The notes under the pieces were generated by a model, which saw only the letters and a program-made list of their open reading frames with translations, was not told where the DNA came from and did no database searches. The translations under genes were made by a program, and so were the position numbers. From positions 1,064 to 65,063 of the forward strand of contig JAPLLZ010000029.1 in NCBI GenBank assembly GCA_026387265.1: DNA of 64,000 bases, in the 5' to 3' direction. Numbering within the stretch: the stretch's first letter is position 1; every line of letters starts with the position of its first letter. Positions 1 to 9,066 of the stretch are shown piece by piece. This stretch comes from Candidatus Omnitrophota bacterium. GTDB taxonomy: Bacteria > Omnitrophota > Gorgyraeia > Gygaellales > Profunditerraquicolaceae.

Positions 1-1191
1 TTGGGGGGGATAGTCAGTGGTTCAATTGAAGCTGCGTCGGAAAAAGAGGCGATTGAGAAGATTAGCGCGTTAGGGTATCTTCCTATGCATTTGGAGGAAG
101 ATAAGGGTGTTGTTGCGCGGGCACCGGTTGCGGCGGTAGTGAATAAGGCTAGCGGAAGGATTAAAGGGGGCCAGATTACTATTTTTAGCCGTCAGCTTTC
201 CAGCCTTTTAAAATCCGGGGTACCGATTTTAACGGCAATTAATATTATCAGCGAACAATCAGAAAATGCCCACTTAAAAGTTGTTTTGCGCGATATCTAT
301 AATATGATTAAAAACGGCGGAACTTTTTCTGCCGCATTAGAAACCTACCCGAAATATTTTTCCGTTTTATATATTGCTATGGTGCGTACCGGTGAGAATA
401 GCGGAGCTTTAGCCGGTTCACTTTTAAGGATTGCCGATTACCGCGCTAAGCAAGAAGAGCTGCTTTCCCGTTTCCGCATGGCCATGGCCTATCCAATTTT
501 AATGGCTTTGGTAGGGGTAGCTACAGTGGTATTTATGCTTACTTTTGTTTTACCCAGATTAATGGGGATATTTTCTAATATGGGCCAGAATTTGCCGTTG
601 CCTACCCGGATTTTATTAGCGGTAAGCCAGGGGTTACGCCAATGGTGGCCTTGGATAATTTTAATTATCGTGGCCGCAGTTTTCCTGATTAAACAGCAGC
701 TTAAAACTAAGGTGGGCAAACTTACCTGGAGTGCTTTAAAATTACATATACCCATATTTGGAAAATTTGCTCTAAAAGCGGATTTGGCTTGTTTTAGCCG
801 GACCCTGGAGTTGTTAATTAAGAGTGGGTTACCGATCTTAAGAGCCCTGCAGATATCTGTGCAGGTATTAAGTAATGAAGTGATTAAAGAGAAGTTAATT
901 AAGAGCTACCGTGATTTAGAGCAAGGCGGGTCTTTTGGCCGGAGCCTGAAAGATTCTAAATTACTTCCTTTATTTATGGTTAATTTAATCAGCGTCGGGG
1001 AAGAGTCTGGAAATCTGGCTTCTGCGTTGGGTGAAGTTGCCGATTCGTATGAGCGCGATACTGATGAAATGATTAGGATTATGAGCAGCCTGCTTGAGCC
1101 TTTAATGATTTTGGTGATGGGTTTAATTGTGGGATTTATTGTAATTGCGATGCTTTTGCCGGTTTTTGAAATCAATATGATGGCTAAATAA
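1..1191 (+). CDS. gspF: Type II secretion / type IV pilus inner-membrane platform protein (GspF/PilC family), N-terminus cut by window edge
   Basis: ORF runs off the 5' edge; 396 aa; GspF/PilC layout with TM helices (AYPILMALVGVATVVFMLTFVLP, WWPWIILIIVAAVFLI, LLEPLMILVMGLIVGFIVIAMLLPVF) separating two related cytoplasmic domains; heads a pseudopilin operon. Confidence 0.85.
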   Translation: MGGIVSGSIEAASEKEAIEKISALGYLPMHLEEDKGVVARAPVAAVVNKASGRIKGGQITIFSRQLSSLLKSGVPILTAINIISEQSENAHLKVVLRDIYNMIKNGGTFSAALETYPKYFSVLYIAMVRTGENSGALAGSLLRIADYRAKQEELLSRFRMAMAYPILMALVGVATVVFMLTFVLPRLMGIFSNMGQNLPLPTRILLAVSQGLRQWWPWIILIIVAAVFLIKQQLKTKVGKLTWSALKLHIPIFGKFALKADLACFSRTLELLIKSGLPILRALQISVQVLSNEVIKEKLIKSYRDLEQGGSFGRSLKDSKLLPLFMVNLISVGEESGNLASALGEVADSYERDTDEMIRIMSSLLEPLMILVMGLIVGFIVIAMLLPVFEINMMAK

Positions 1192-1193
1192 TT

Positions 1194-2054
1194 ATGAAAA
1201 GTAATAAACAAAAGTTATGTTTATTAATTTTTTTAAGTTTATTTTGTTTGGCTGCGGGCTATCCCGGTGATTGGCTGGAGAAAAAAAGCGAACATTTTGT
1301 AGTGAATTTTACTCAGGATGAAAAGTTTGCTCAGGATGTATTGGATGCTGCAGAAAAAGATTACCGCAGGATAGCCTATGATTTAGGTTATGTGCGTTAT
1401 TCGGAATTCTGGACCTGGGATAAACGAGTTAAAATTTATATCTTTCCTGACCGCGCAGGATTCTTAAAAGCAACCGGCCAGCCTGATTGGTCAGAAGGCA
1501 TGGCTGATTATAGGAATAAACAGATCGTAAGTTATGTGTGGGGAAAGGGTTTTGTTGAATCCCTTCTGCCGCATGAAATAGCGCATCTGGTATTTAGGGA
1601 TTTTGTGGGTTTTGTAGGTGAAATACCTCTTTGGCTGGACGAAGGAGTGGCGCAGTGGGAGGAGGAGGCCAAAAGAAAAGATATGAAGGCCCTGATTCAG
1701 CGTTATTATCAGCAGGATAATTTATTATTGCTGAGCGATGTAATGAAGTTGAATATTGAAAATCTAAAAGGTAAACAAGGAGTACTGATTAGGGCAACGC
1801 GGACAAAAGACGGCCAGGACGGAGTTCTTTTCCTCAGTGCGAATAATTTAGTAGAAATTTATTATCTTCAATCCGTTGCTTTAATTGGGTATCTTATTGA
1901 AAAGTATGGTTCTAATTCTTTTTCCGGGTTTTGCCGTGAATTGCGCGACGGCAAAAATGTGGAAGAGGCCTTAAAGACAGCTTATCCTTTACATATACGT
2001 AATCTACGGGAGTTTGAGGATGGATGGAGGGAATATTTAAAGACAGGTGGTTAA
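1194..2054 (+). CDS. Secreted zinc metallopeptidase-like protein (HExxH, peptidase-MA-like)
   Basis: Signal peptide MKSNKQKLCLLIFLSLFCLAAG; HExxH site LLPHEIAHLVF with downstream LDEGVAQWEEE Glu-rich region (gluzincin-like); no closer family recognised. Confidence 0.6.
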   Translation: MKSNKQKLCLLIFLSLFCLAAGYPGDWLEKKSEHFVVNFTQDEKFAQDVLDAAEKDYRRIAYDLGYVRYSEFWTWDKRVKIYIFPDRAGFLKATGQPDWSEGMADYRNKQIVSYVWGKGFVESLLPHEIAHLVFRDFVGFVGEIPLWLDEGVAQWEEEAKRKDMKALIQRYYQQDNLLLLSDVMKLNIENLKGKQGVLIRATRTKDGQDGVLFLSANNLVEIYYLQSVALIGYLIEKYGSNSFSGFCRELRDGKNVEEALKTAYPLHIRNLREFEDGWREYLKTGG

Positions 2055-2076
2055 TCTGATTATATGGAGGTTAGCG

Positions 2077-2511
2077 ATGAATAAGCGGCAGAAAAAAGAA
2101 AATAAGGCCAGAAGTTTAAAAGGATTTACTCTTATTGAGTTAATGCTGGTAGTAGTAATTATCGGGGCATTAGTAGCGATGGTCATGCCTAGGCTTACCG
2201 GTAGAGGAGAGCAGGCGCGCGTAGCTGCTGCTAGCGCGGATATCAATGCCAATATTGCCACAGGCTTAAAGCTCTATGAATTAGATAATGGCAGTTTTCC
2301 TAGTACGACAGAGGGATTGGCTGCTTTATTGGTTAAACCTGCTTCAGCTAGAAATTGGAATGGGCCGTATTTGGAAAGAAAACCCTTAGACCCCTGGGGC
2401 AAAGAATATGAATATAAATCTCCCGGTGAACATCGTAAAACTGATTATGACCTGTATTCTTTAGGCAAGGATGGAACAGAAAGTGCCGATGATGTTACAA
2501 ATTGGGAATAA
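2077..2511 (+). CDS. gspG: Major pseudopilin GspG
   Basis: Prepilin N-terminus KGFTLIELMLVVVIIGALVAMV and GspG-type C-terminus (NWNGPYL, PLDPWG, YEYKSPG, DYDLYSLGKDG); ATG 2077 preferred over track start 2047 because GGAGG lies just upstream. Confidence 0.9.
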   Translation: MNKRQKKENKARSLKGFTLIELMLVVVIIGALVAMVMPRLTGRGEQARVAAASADINANIATGLKLYELDNGSFPSTTEGLAALLVKPASARNWNGPYLERKPLDPWGKEYEYKSPGEHRKTDYDLYSLGKDGTESADDVTNWE

Positions 2512-2938
2512 GCAGACATGTTTTTTAGAAGCAATCGCCGGTAAGAAATCCGGGAGAGATCCGCAAAAAGGCTTTACTCTTTTGGAGGTAATGATTACTG
2601 CCGCAGTTTTAGCATTAGGGGCAACATTGATTTATCAATCTTTTTTCATTGCGATTGACTCTTTTAATTATTATTCCACTTCTTTAAAGATTACTCCCTG
2701 GATGGATGAGAAAATTTGGCAGGCGCAGAATGAGCTTAAACATTCAGGATCTCTCGGTGTGATGACTACAAGCGGCCAGGCGGAAATTAATAATAAAAGC
2801 GTGGATTGGAGTTTAGGTTATAATTCCGTCGGATCGTCAGATAACCTCTTTAAAGTCGATTTAATGCTTTCTTGGTCACAGGGGCTGCGGCAGATAAAAT
2901 TATCAAGATCAACATATGCGATTTATTCGGTTAAATAG
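2471..2938 (+). CDS. Minor pseudopilin (GspH/GspI-like)
   Basis: Prepilin-type N-terminus QKGFTLLEVMITAAVLALGATLIY; about 150 aa; true start uncertain (ATG 2489/2492 also possible), overlaps the gspG 3' end. Confidence 0.7.
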   Translation: MEQKVPMMLQIGNKQTCFLEAIAGKKSGRDPQKGFTLLEVMITAAVLALGATLIYQSFFIAIDSFNYYSTSLKITPWMDEKIWQAQNELKHSGSLGVMTTSGQAEINNKSVDWSLGYNSVGSSDNLFKVDLMLSWSQGLRQIKLSRSTYAIYSVK

Positions 2939-3500
2939 GATAGGGTTTAGCCTGGTCGAGTTACTGGTAGTTACGGCTATGCTGGGGATAATCTCCCTAG
3001 CCATATTTTCAACCTTTAACAATGGTTTTAAGGTTTGGCAAAAGATAAATAAGCCTTTGGCAGAGGAGGATTTGGGCATTTTTTTTGACAAACTTGCCCA
3101 AGATTTGAGTAATTGCGTGAAGTCCAGCAGTATTCTTTTTACCGGGGATGCGAGTAGTTTCGGCGTACCGACCCTGGTGAACAGTTCAAGGCTAAAGGTA
3201 AACTCATTGGGTTTGGTGGTTTATTCATACGATCAGCAATCCGGGTTGCTATATAGAGAGCAAAAAGATTTTAGCCAGCTTTATAATCATCAGGATGCTA
3301 GCCCAGTTGTCCTGCTTAAGAATATCAGTTTTTTAAAATTTGAATATTATTATTTTGATAAGCAAGAACAGAAATATGTATGGAAAGAAGAATGGTCAGG
3401 TGCGGGTTTGCCTCTGGCAGTAAGGGTAGGTTTAAATTTAAATGATTCCTCGGAAACCGATAAGATTATCCGGACGATTAACATCCCTATCAGCGGCTAA
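2916..3500 (+). CDS. Minor pseudopilin (GspJ/PulJ-like)
   Basis: Short leader MRFIRLNR followed by IGFSLVELLVVTAMLGIISLAIF prepilin-type helix; 194 aa. Confidence 0.65.
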   Translation: MRFIRLNRIGFSLVELLVVTAMLGIISLAIFSTFNNGFKVWQKINKPLAEEDLGIFFDKLAQDLSNCVKSSSILFTGDASSFGVPTLVNSSRLKVNSLGLVVYSYDQQSGLLYREQKDFSQLYNHQDASPVVLLKNISFLKFEYYYFDKQEQKYVWKEEWSGAGLPLAVRVGLNLNDSSETDKIIRTINIPISG

Positions 3501-4459
3501 ATATAGGGGGAGCATTCTGATTGTTGCCTTATGGTCGCTTTGTTTGTTGTCGGCATTCGCAGTTATTCTGAATAGTCAGATAAGGCAGGAATTAGTTTTA
3601 GCCAACCGGCTGGACCAAAAGGATAAAATGCGCCTGATTGCCGAAGCCGGAGTGGCCAAGGCAATTTTAGAAGTAAAAAATGATCCGGAGATGGCTTATG
3701 ATTATTTAGGTGATACCTGGAGCGACAACCCGGGCGCATTCCAAAATATTCAAGTGGGAGACGGCGAGTTTAGTTTAGCTTACACCTATCCGGATATAAA
3801 ATCCGGGCTTTTGATAACAGGTTACGGTTGTATAGCTTAAAATTTTAGAGCGCCTTTTTAAAATTGTTTTGCCTTGTGATGAAACGCAAGCTCAGGAATT
3901 AGCGGCTTGCATTCTGGATTGGAGAGATTCCGATAGCGAACTTTCCATTCCTGCCGGCAGCGCGGAATATTTGCATTATAGCAGCCTGCCGTTTTCTTAC
4001 GCCGCCAAAAATTCTGAATTTGAAATACTTGAGGAGTTACTTTTAGTGAAAGGGTTTAGTGAGAATATTTTTGAAAAAATAAAAGACTATGTTACTATCT
4101 ATGGAGAAGGCAGGGTCAATATTAATACTACCAATGCAGCTGTTCTTTTTGCTTTAGGTTTGGATGAGGATACCGCCAATAAGGTTATTTTATACCGGGC
4201 GGGTAAAGACGGCCTGAGGGGTACGCTGGATGATAATGTTTTTGTTTCTGGTGCTGAGATTGTCCCGAAGCTGTCCCAGGCGTATGCGTTTAGCCCTTCT
4301 CAGATTGAACAACTCAATCAGGTGGCCGTTTCGTTTTTGGCGGTTAGTTCCAATAATTTTTTAATTAGGTCAACCGCCAGGCTGAATGCCAGATATTCGT
4401 TAACGGTATCCAGTGTAGTTAGGCGGGATGGCAGGATTATTTACTGGCGGGAAGATTAA
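3442..4459 (+). pseudogene. gspK: GspK-like minor pseudopilin split by a one-nucleotide frame change
   Basis: ORFs 3442-3840 (frame 1, TM GSILIVALWSLCLLSAFAVIL) and 3869-4459 (frame 2, open from 3836; ILDWRDSDSE, ININTTNAAVLFALGL). Skipping T3838 joins ...GYGCIA to KILERLFKIV... giving about 338 aa, a typical GspK size. Confidence 0.55.
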
Positions 4460-4464
4460 TTAAA

Positions 4465-5943
4465 ATGTTTAAATTAAATATTAATAAATTAAAATTTTTG
4501 TCCGCGCTAGCTAATCAAGAATTTGTTGGGATTAATTTTAGCGGGAATAATTTAAAAATTTCTCACGTTAAAGTCTCTCCAAGCAAGAAGGAAATAGTCA
4601 ATCTCTTAAATTTAGATGTTACTGGGCTTAGTGATCTTGATATTACTAAGAATATTCAGGTTGCTATTGGTGCGCTTAAAGGAAAAAAGATTGAAGTCAT
4701 TGATATCGTTCCGACGCAACTGGTGATTACAAAAAATATTGAAATTCCTTCTATTGAAAAGAAGGAGATTAAAGAGATCCTTAATTTGCAGGCAGGTAGG
4801 CATACTCCTTATTCACGGGAAGAAATAATTGTTGATTATGTTGAAATAGGCACTTATAAACATAGTTATACTAAGGTACTTTTAGTGATTGTTGCCCGCA
4901 GCGTCTTAAAGCGGCATTATGAAATATTAGACCGTGCAGGTTTTAGATTAAAGAGAGCGCTCTTAGCTTCTGAAGGGCTGGCCTTATCTGTTTCTAAAAC
5001 CTTAAGGCTGGAGATGGATAATGTCCCGGTTAATATATTGCATGTCGATGAAAACTTTACAGATTTTAGTATTATTCTTAAAAATAAGGTAATTTTTATC
5101 CGTTCTATCCCCATTGGTACCTTTCAGTTAAAGAATGAAAAAGAAGTTTATCAGCTAAAATTTGTAGATGAGCTTAAACGGTCTTTGGAGGCTTACTTGG
5201 GAGGGGATATTGAGATAAGTCCGAATATGTTAATTCTAACCGGGGCAGGTGAGGATCTTAAAGAAATTGAAAGCTTGTTGAATAAAACAATGCACCTGCC
5301 GGTAAAGATTTTGTCTTATGCCAGTATTTTTAACATTTCAGAGTTGGCTAAAGGAACGATATCTAAAGCTAAGCAGGTATCTTTTTTTGATGTTATTGCG
5401 CCGATTCTTAATTGCCAGGAGATGAAAATAGACCTTATCCCGGAAGAAGCCAGGGTACGCCGGTCTATCGAAGAGAGAGGTAAAGATCTGATTAAAACAG
5501 GTATTTTCATTTTAACCATTTTTATCGCTACCTTTTTTATACTGGCTAGTAAGATTTATTTTAAAGGTGCGCAGTTAAGTAAGCTCGATAGTAAGTATGC
5601 GGTAATTAACCAAGAAGCACAAAAACTAGAGAAAGATCTCTTGAAGGTCGGCTTAGTCAAGAATTATCTGGTTAATCGAGGCTATACTTTAGAGATTTTA
5701 ACGGAGTTGCATGGTTTGGTTTCTGAGGATATAGAGCTTAGCGAGATTCGTTATGACGCAGATAAATTTTCTGTAAAGGGAAGCGCGGATGCAATGAGTT
5801 CAGTTTTTTCTTTTGTTGACCGCATGGAAAAATCAAAATATTTTAAAGAGGTTAAAACCAGATATACCGCTAAGCGTAAAGATGGTTTAAGGGATTATAC
5901 AGATTTTGAAGTCATTGCATTAATGGAAAGGCCGCAGGATTGA
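4465..5943 (+). CDS. PilM-PilN fusion (GspL-equivalent assembly protein)
   Basis: 492 aa: N-terminal roughly 330-aa actin-like PilM-type domain, TM helix IFILTIFIATFFILASKIYF, then a PilN-like periplasmic domain. Confidence 0.7.
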   Translation: MFKLNINKLKFLSALANQEFVGINFSGNNLKISHVKVSPSKKEIVNLLNLDVTGLSDLDITKNIQVAIGALKGKKIEVIDIVPTQLVITKNIEIPSIEKKEIKEILNLQAGRHTPYSREEIIVDYVEIGTYKHSYTKVLLVIVARSVLKRHYEILDRAGFRLKRALLASEGLALSVSKTLRLEMDNVPVNILHVDENFTDFSIILKNKVIFIRSIPIGTFQLKNEKEVYQLKFVDELKRSLEAYLGGDIEISPNMLILTGAGEDLKEIESLLNKTMHLPVKILSYASIFNISELAKGTISKAKQVSFFDVIAPILNCQEMKIDLIPEEARVRRSIEERGKDLIKTGIFILTIFIATFFILASKIYFKGAQLSKLDSKYAVINQEAQKLEKDLLKVGLVKNYLVNRGYTLEILTELHGLVSEDIELSEIRYDADKFSVKGSADAMSSVFSFVDRMEKSKYFKEVKTRYTAKRKDGLRDYTDFEVIALMERPQD

Positions 5944-6509
5944 TGAAATTGCTTAATGTGCAGATGCTCCAAGTATTCTTGGGGCGTTTATCAAAAAAAG
6001 ATAGAACAATTTTCTATGTTATTGTTGCTATTGTTTCGTTATTAATACTGGACCGGGCGATTATTTCTCCCGTATTTTCAAAAATCTGCTCGTTAAATAA
6101 AGAAATTCAGGATAAACAGGCGACGATTAAAAAGAACCTGCGGATACTGACACAGAAGGACAAAATCCTGGCGCAGAGTTCTAAGTATAGTTCTTTTTTA
6201 GGTGATTCCCAAATGACTGAGGATGAGCAGGTAACTGCGGTTTTAAAAGAGCTGGAAAGCTTAGCAAGTAAAAGTTCAGTATATCTGATTGATATGAAGC
6301 CGGCCGGGGCTAAAGGATCAGGTTCTTCAAAAAAGATTTACGTAAACTTAAATTGCGAAGCTCAGATGGAACAATTGGTTGATTTTATGTATAATATGGA
6401 GAATTCCAGCAACCTGATTTCTATTGAAAAATATCAACTTACTCCTAAAGCAAAAGAATCAAGCGTGGCAAAATGCAGTATATCGGTGTATAAAGTAGTT
6501 GCGCTATAA
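5943..6509 (+). CDS. PilO/GspM-like bitopic assembly protein
   Basis: ATG 5943 overlaps the upstream stop (TGATG); N-terminal TM IFYVIVAIVSLLILDRAIISPVF, coiled-coil segment, small C-terminal domain; operon position after pilMN. Confidence 0.5.
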   Translation: MKLLNVQMLQVFLGRLSKKDRTIFYVIVAIVSLLILDRAIISPVFSKICSLNKEIQDKQATIKKNLRILTQKDKILAQSSKYSSFLGDSQMTEDEQVTAVLKELESLASKSSVYLIDMKPAGAKGSGSSKKIYVNLNCEAQMEQLVDFMYNMENSSNLISIEKYQLTPKAKESSVAKCSISVYKVVAL

Positions 6510-6553
6510 ATTTTAGAAAATAAAGGCAGGTAAAAAGAAAAACGGAGGGGTGG

Positions 6554-7027
6554 ATGAAAAAGATAATTTTTTTTGTTTTAAGCTTAGTGTTGGCTTGGAG
6601 TTTGACTGCTCAGGCACTGGAAACAAATTTGGTGGATACGCGTAATGAAATCTTGAAAACTGCTCAGGAGGTGAAAACATATTTTACTTCCTCCAGGGAT
6701 CCGGTTTTGATAAACAGCATGTGGGATTCTGCGGTTTTGTCTGTCTCGCAACTGGATGCCTATTTTTCTATGCTTGGGATATTTAATACTATAAAAAAGG
6801 AGAACCTAGATAATGCCCCATTTAGCTATTTGATTACCTGGTTGACTCAGTTAAAGAAAACAACTGAATTAAACATAAAGAGCCTGGAGGAAATAAAAAC
6901 AACCACTGATGCCCGCAGTAAGGTTCTGGTATTAAAATTAAAGGATATTTTTAGCAATCTGAAAATGCGTATTGATAAAGAGTTGCAGACCGTTGGGCAG
7001 TTTCAGGAAGCTACTAAGAAACAATAA
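6554..7027 (+). CDS. Secreted helical protein of unknown function (last gene of the pseudopilus operon)
   Basis: Signal peptide MKKIIFFVLSLVLAWSLTAQA; GGAGG upstream; no recognisable family. Confidence 0.5.
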   Translation: MKKIIFFVLSLVLAWSLTAQALETNLVDTRNEILKTAQEVKTYFTSSRDPVLINSMWDSAVLSVSQLDAYFSMLGIFNTIKKENLDNAPFSYLITWLTQLKKTTELNIKSLEEIKTTTDARSKVLVLKLKDIFSNLKMRIDKELQTVGQFQEATKKQ

Positions 7028-7104
7028 TTTCGGATAGTTAATTACCTGGTTGAGCAAGAAATAAGTATTTTAAGAAAATAGGGCCATTTTTTATGTTTTA
7101 TCTA

Positions 7105-7134
7105 TTGGATGATTAGTTGATTTTGAGGTATAAT
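7105..7134 (+). promoter_or_regulatory. Putative sigma70-type promoter of purU
   Basis: TTGGAT (7105-7110), 18-nt spacer, TATAAT (7129-7134). Confidence 0.4.
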
Positions 7135-7152
7135 AATTTTGTTAAGTGGAGG

Positions 7153-7184
7153 ATCCTTGCTCGCTGCGCTCGCAAGGATTTTTC
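7153..7184 (+). promoter_or_regulatory. Leader hairpin plus T-run (terminator/attenuator-like), ATCCTTRC-N11-GYAAGGAT module
   Basis: ATCCTTGC (7153-7160), 11-nt loop TCGCTGCGCTC, GCAAGGAT (7172-7179), then TTTTT; sits between the putative promoter and the purU SD AAGGAGG. Confidence 0.45.
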
Positions 7185-7208
7185 TGGATAAAGTATTAAG
7201 GAGGAGTT

Positions 7209-8051
7209 ATGCGTAAATTTATCTTGTTATTTCAATGCCATGACCGCAAAGGGATTGTCGCTAGAATTTCAGATTTTATCCTTAAAATAGGCGGCAATAT
7301 TATTACTGCTGATCAATATAGTACAGATCCTGCAGGCGGTTATTTTTTTATGCGCGTCGAGTTTATTCTGGATGACGGGCAACAAAACAGGCAGAGTTTG
7401 GTTTTAGCTTTTGGGCCTATAGCGCAAGAATTTGGCGCTAGCTGGAATCTTTATGACCAGGCAGAAACTTTACGTATGGGGATCCTGGTGTCGGAACCGG
7501 ATCATTGTTTAGTAGATTTGTTGTATTTATGGAATGCCGGTGAACTAAAAGTACAAATTCCATTTGTTTTGAGCAATTGTGAGAAACATCGCAAACTGGT
7601 AACCGGGTATAACCTGCCATTTTATTATGTACCAGCCAGTAAAGATAACCGGCAGGAATCCCAGATACTTTCTCATTCTTTAGCGTCAACCGATTTTTTG
7701 GTGTTGGCGCGTTATATGCTGGTGCTCTCTTCAGATTTTCTGCATAAATATAACAAAGATATAATCAATATTCACCATGGTTTTTTGCCTTCTTTTAAAG
7801 GCGTGGATCCTTACGGCCAGGCATTAAATAAAGGGGTTAAGGTTATCGGTTCAACTGTGCATTTCGTAGATAATCAACTGGATGAAGGGCCGATCATTGC
7901 CCAGGAAGTTGAGTATGTTTCGCATAAAGATAGCCGGCAGGATTTAATAAGAAAAGGCAGGCATGCGGAAAAGAAGGCGCTGGCGCAGGCATTGTCCAGT
8001 TATATTGATTACCGGATTATTAAGCACGAAAATAAAACTATAGTTTTTTAA
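7209..8051 (+). CDS. purU: Formyltetrahydrofolate deformylase
   Basis: N-terminal ACT-like domain plus formyltransferase domain with INIHHGFLPSFKG and DEGPIIAQ; 280 aa. Confidence 0.9.
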   Translation: MRKFILLFQCHDRKGIVARISDFILKIGGNIITADQYSTDPAGGYFFMRVEFILDDGQQNRQSLVLAFGPIAQEFGASWNLYDQAETLRMGILVSEPDHCLVDLLYLWNAGELKVQIPFVLSNCEKHRKLVTGYNLPFYYVPASKDNRQESQILSHSLASTDFLVLARYMLVLSSDFLHKYNKDIINIHHGFLPSFKGVDPYGQALNKGVKVIGSTVHFVDNQLDEGPIIAQEVEYVSHKDSRQDLIRKGRHAEKKALAQALSSYIDYRIIKHENKTIVF

Positions 8052-8112
8052 TCAAAAACACATTTTCCCAGGCAAAAAGGCACGAAGTGCGTAAAGGAAC
8101 TGTGTTTTTGAT
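8051..8112. terminator. Long hairpin between convergent purU and ispH
   Basis: 12-bp stem ATCAAAAACACA (8051-8062) / TGTGTTTTTGAT (8101-8112) with inner GCAC-GAA-GTGC hairpin; begins at the last base of the purU stop. Confidence 0.5.
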
Positions 8113-8140
8113 TATCCGCTAACGTTTCAGTGGCGGATAA
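8112..8140. repeat. CCGCC-type hairpin repeat, copy 1
   Basis: TTATCCGCTAACGTTTCAGTGGCGGATAA; its reverse complement ATCCGCCACTGAAACGTTAGCGGAT matches 26045-26071 (ATCCGCCACTGAAGCGTTGGCGGAT) at all but 2 positions. Confidence 0.6.
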
Positions 8141-8158
8141 TTCAGCAGTAAAAGAGTA

Positions 8159-9004
8159 TTAAGCAGAACAAATAGCTTTAATTCTGGCAATAATTTCTTT
8201 AATGCTTGTTTCCGGAGTGGATGCGCCCGCGGTAATACCCACATTTTTGACGTTTTTTAGCCAACCTGATTTTATTTCTTTAGCGGAATTAACCCAATAG
8301 CTATGCGGATTCAAGGATTTCGATATTTCGTAAATTCTTTTGGTGTTGGCGCTGGTTTTTGAGCCGATAATAATCATGATGGTATTTTTAAGCGGCATAG
8401 TTTTTACTTCATTTTGTTTTGTTTTGGTGGGGTTACAAATCGTGTTATGGAAGGAAATTTTTGGGATATATTTACGCAGCAATTCCAGGATTACCAGTAC
8501 ATGATCTAGATTTTGGGTTGATTGTACGACAATCCCGGCTTTTTTAATCCTTTTGATTTTAGTTAAAGGTATATCCTGGAGACTGTCAATTACTATAGCT
8601 TTTGATTTAAGCTGTCCGATGATACCTGAAACTTCATCGTGTTTTTTGTCTCCGATAATAATTATCCGGTAACCTTGGTTTTCTAACTGCCGGGCAATTT
8701 GATGGATTTCTTTTACCATGGGGCAGGTTGCATCGATAACCCGGTAGCCTAGATTTTTAGCCCGCCGTAAAGTATATTTGGACAAACCATGCGCCCGGAT
8801 CAATAATGTTTTACCTTTACCTGTAGAGAGCCGGTTAATTTTTTTAATTCCGGCATCCCGGATTTGTTTAACCACCTCTTCATTATGCACAATATCGCCA
8901 AGCATAAATACAGACTTTTGTGTTTTTGCGGTTTCCAGGGCTTGAGCGATAGCTTTTCTAACTCCAAAACAGAATCCCGCTGATTTAGCTAGATTAATTT
9001 TCAT
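8159..9004 (-). CDS. ispH: 4-hydroxy-3-methylbut-2-enyl diphosphate reductase
   Basis: Three conserved Cys regions (AGFCFGV, DATCPMV, HNTICNPT) and DIVHNEEVV; 281 aa. Confidence 0.92.
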   Translation of the reverse strand: MKINLAKSAGFCFGVRKAIAQALETAKTQKSVFMLGDIVHNEEVVKQIRDAGIKKINRLSTGKGKTLLIRAHGLSKYTLRRAKNLGYRVIDATCPMVKEIHQIARQLENQGYRIIIIGDKKHDEVSGIIGQLKSKAIVIDSLQDIPLTKIKRIKKAGIVVQSTQNLDHVLVILELLRKYIPKISFHNTICNPTKTKQNEVKTMPLKNTIMIIIGSKTSANTKRIYEISKSLNPHSYWVNSAKEIKSGWLKNVKNVGITAGASTPETSIKEIIARIKAICSA

Positions 9005-9066
9005 CAGTACTTTTTTTATAATAATATTTAAGAATGAGCAGTATTTTCTTTGTTAGCCAAGAAGAT

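Noticed and set aside
3832-3842. Programmed +1 frameshift (prfB-like) at the gspK break
   Set aside because: There is no slippery P-site codon that re-pairs in the +1 frame and no upstream SD-like stimulator. An indel or sequencing error in the A/T palindrome is the simpler explanation.
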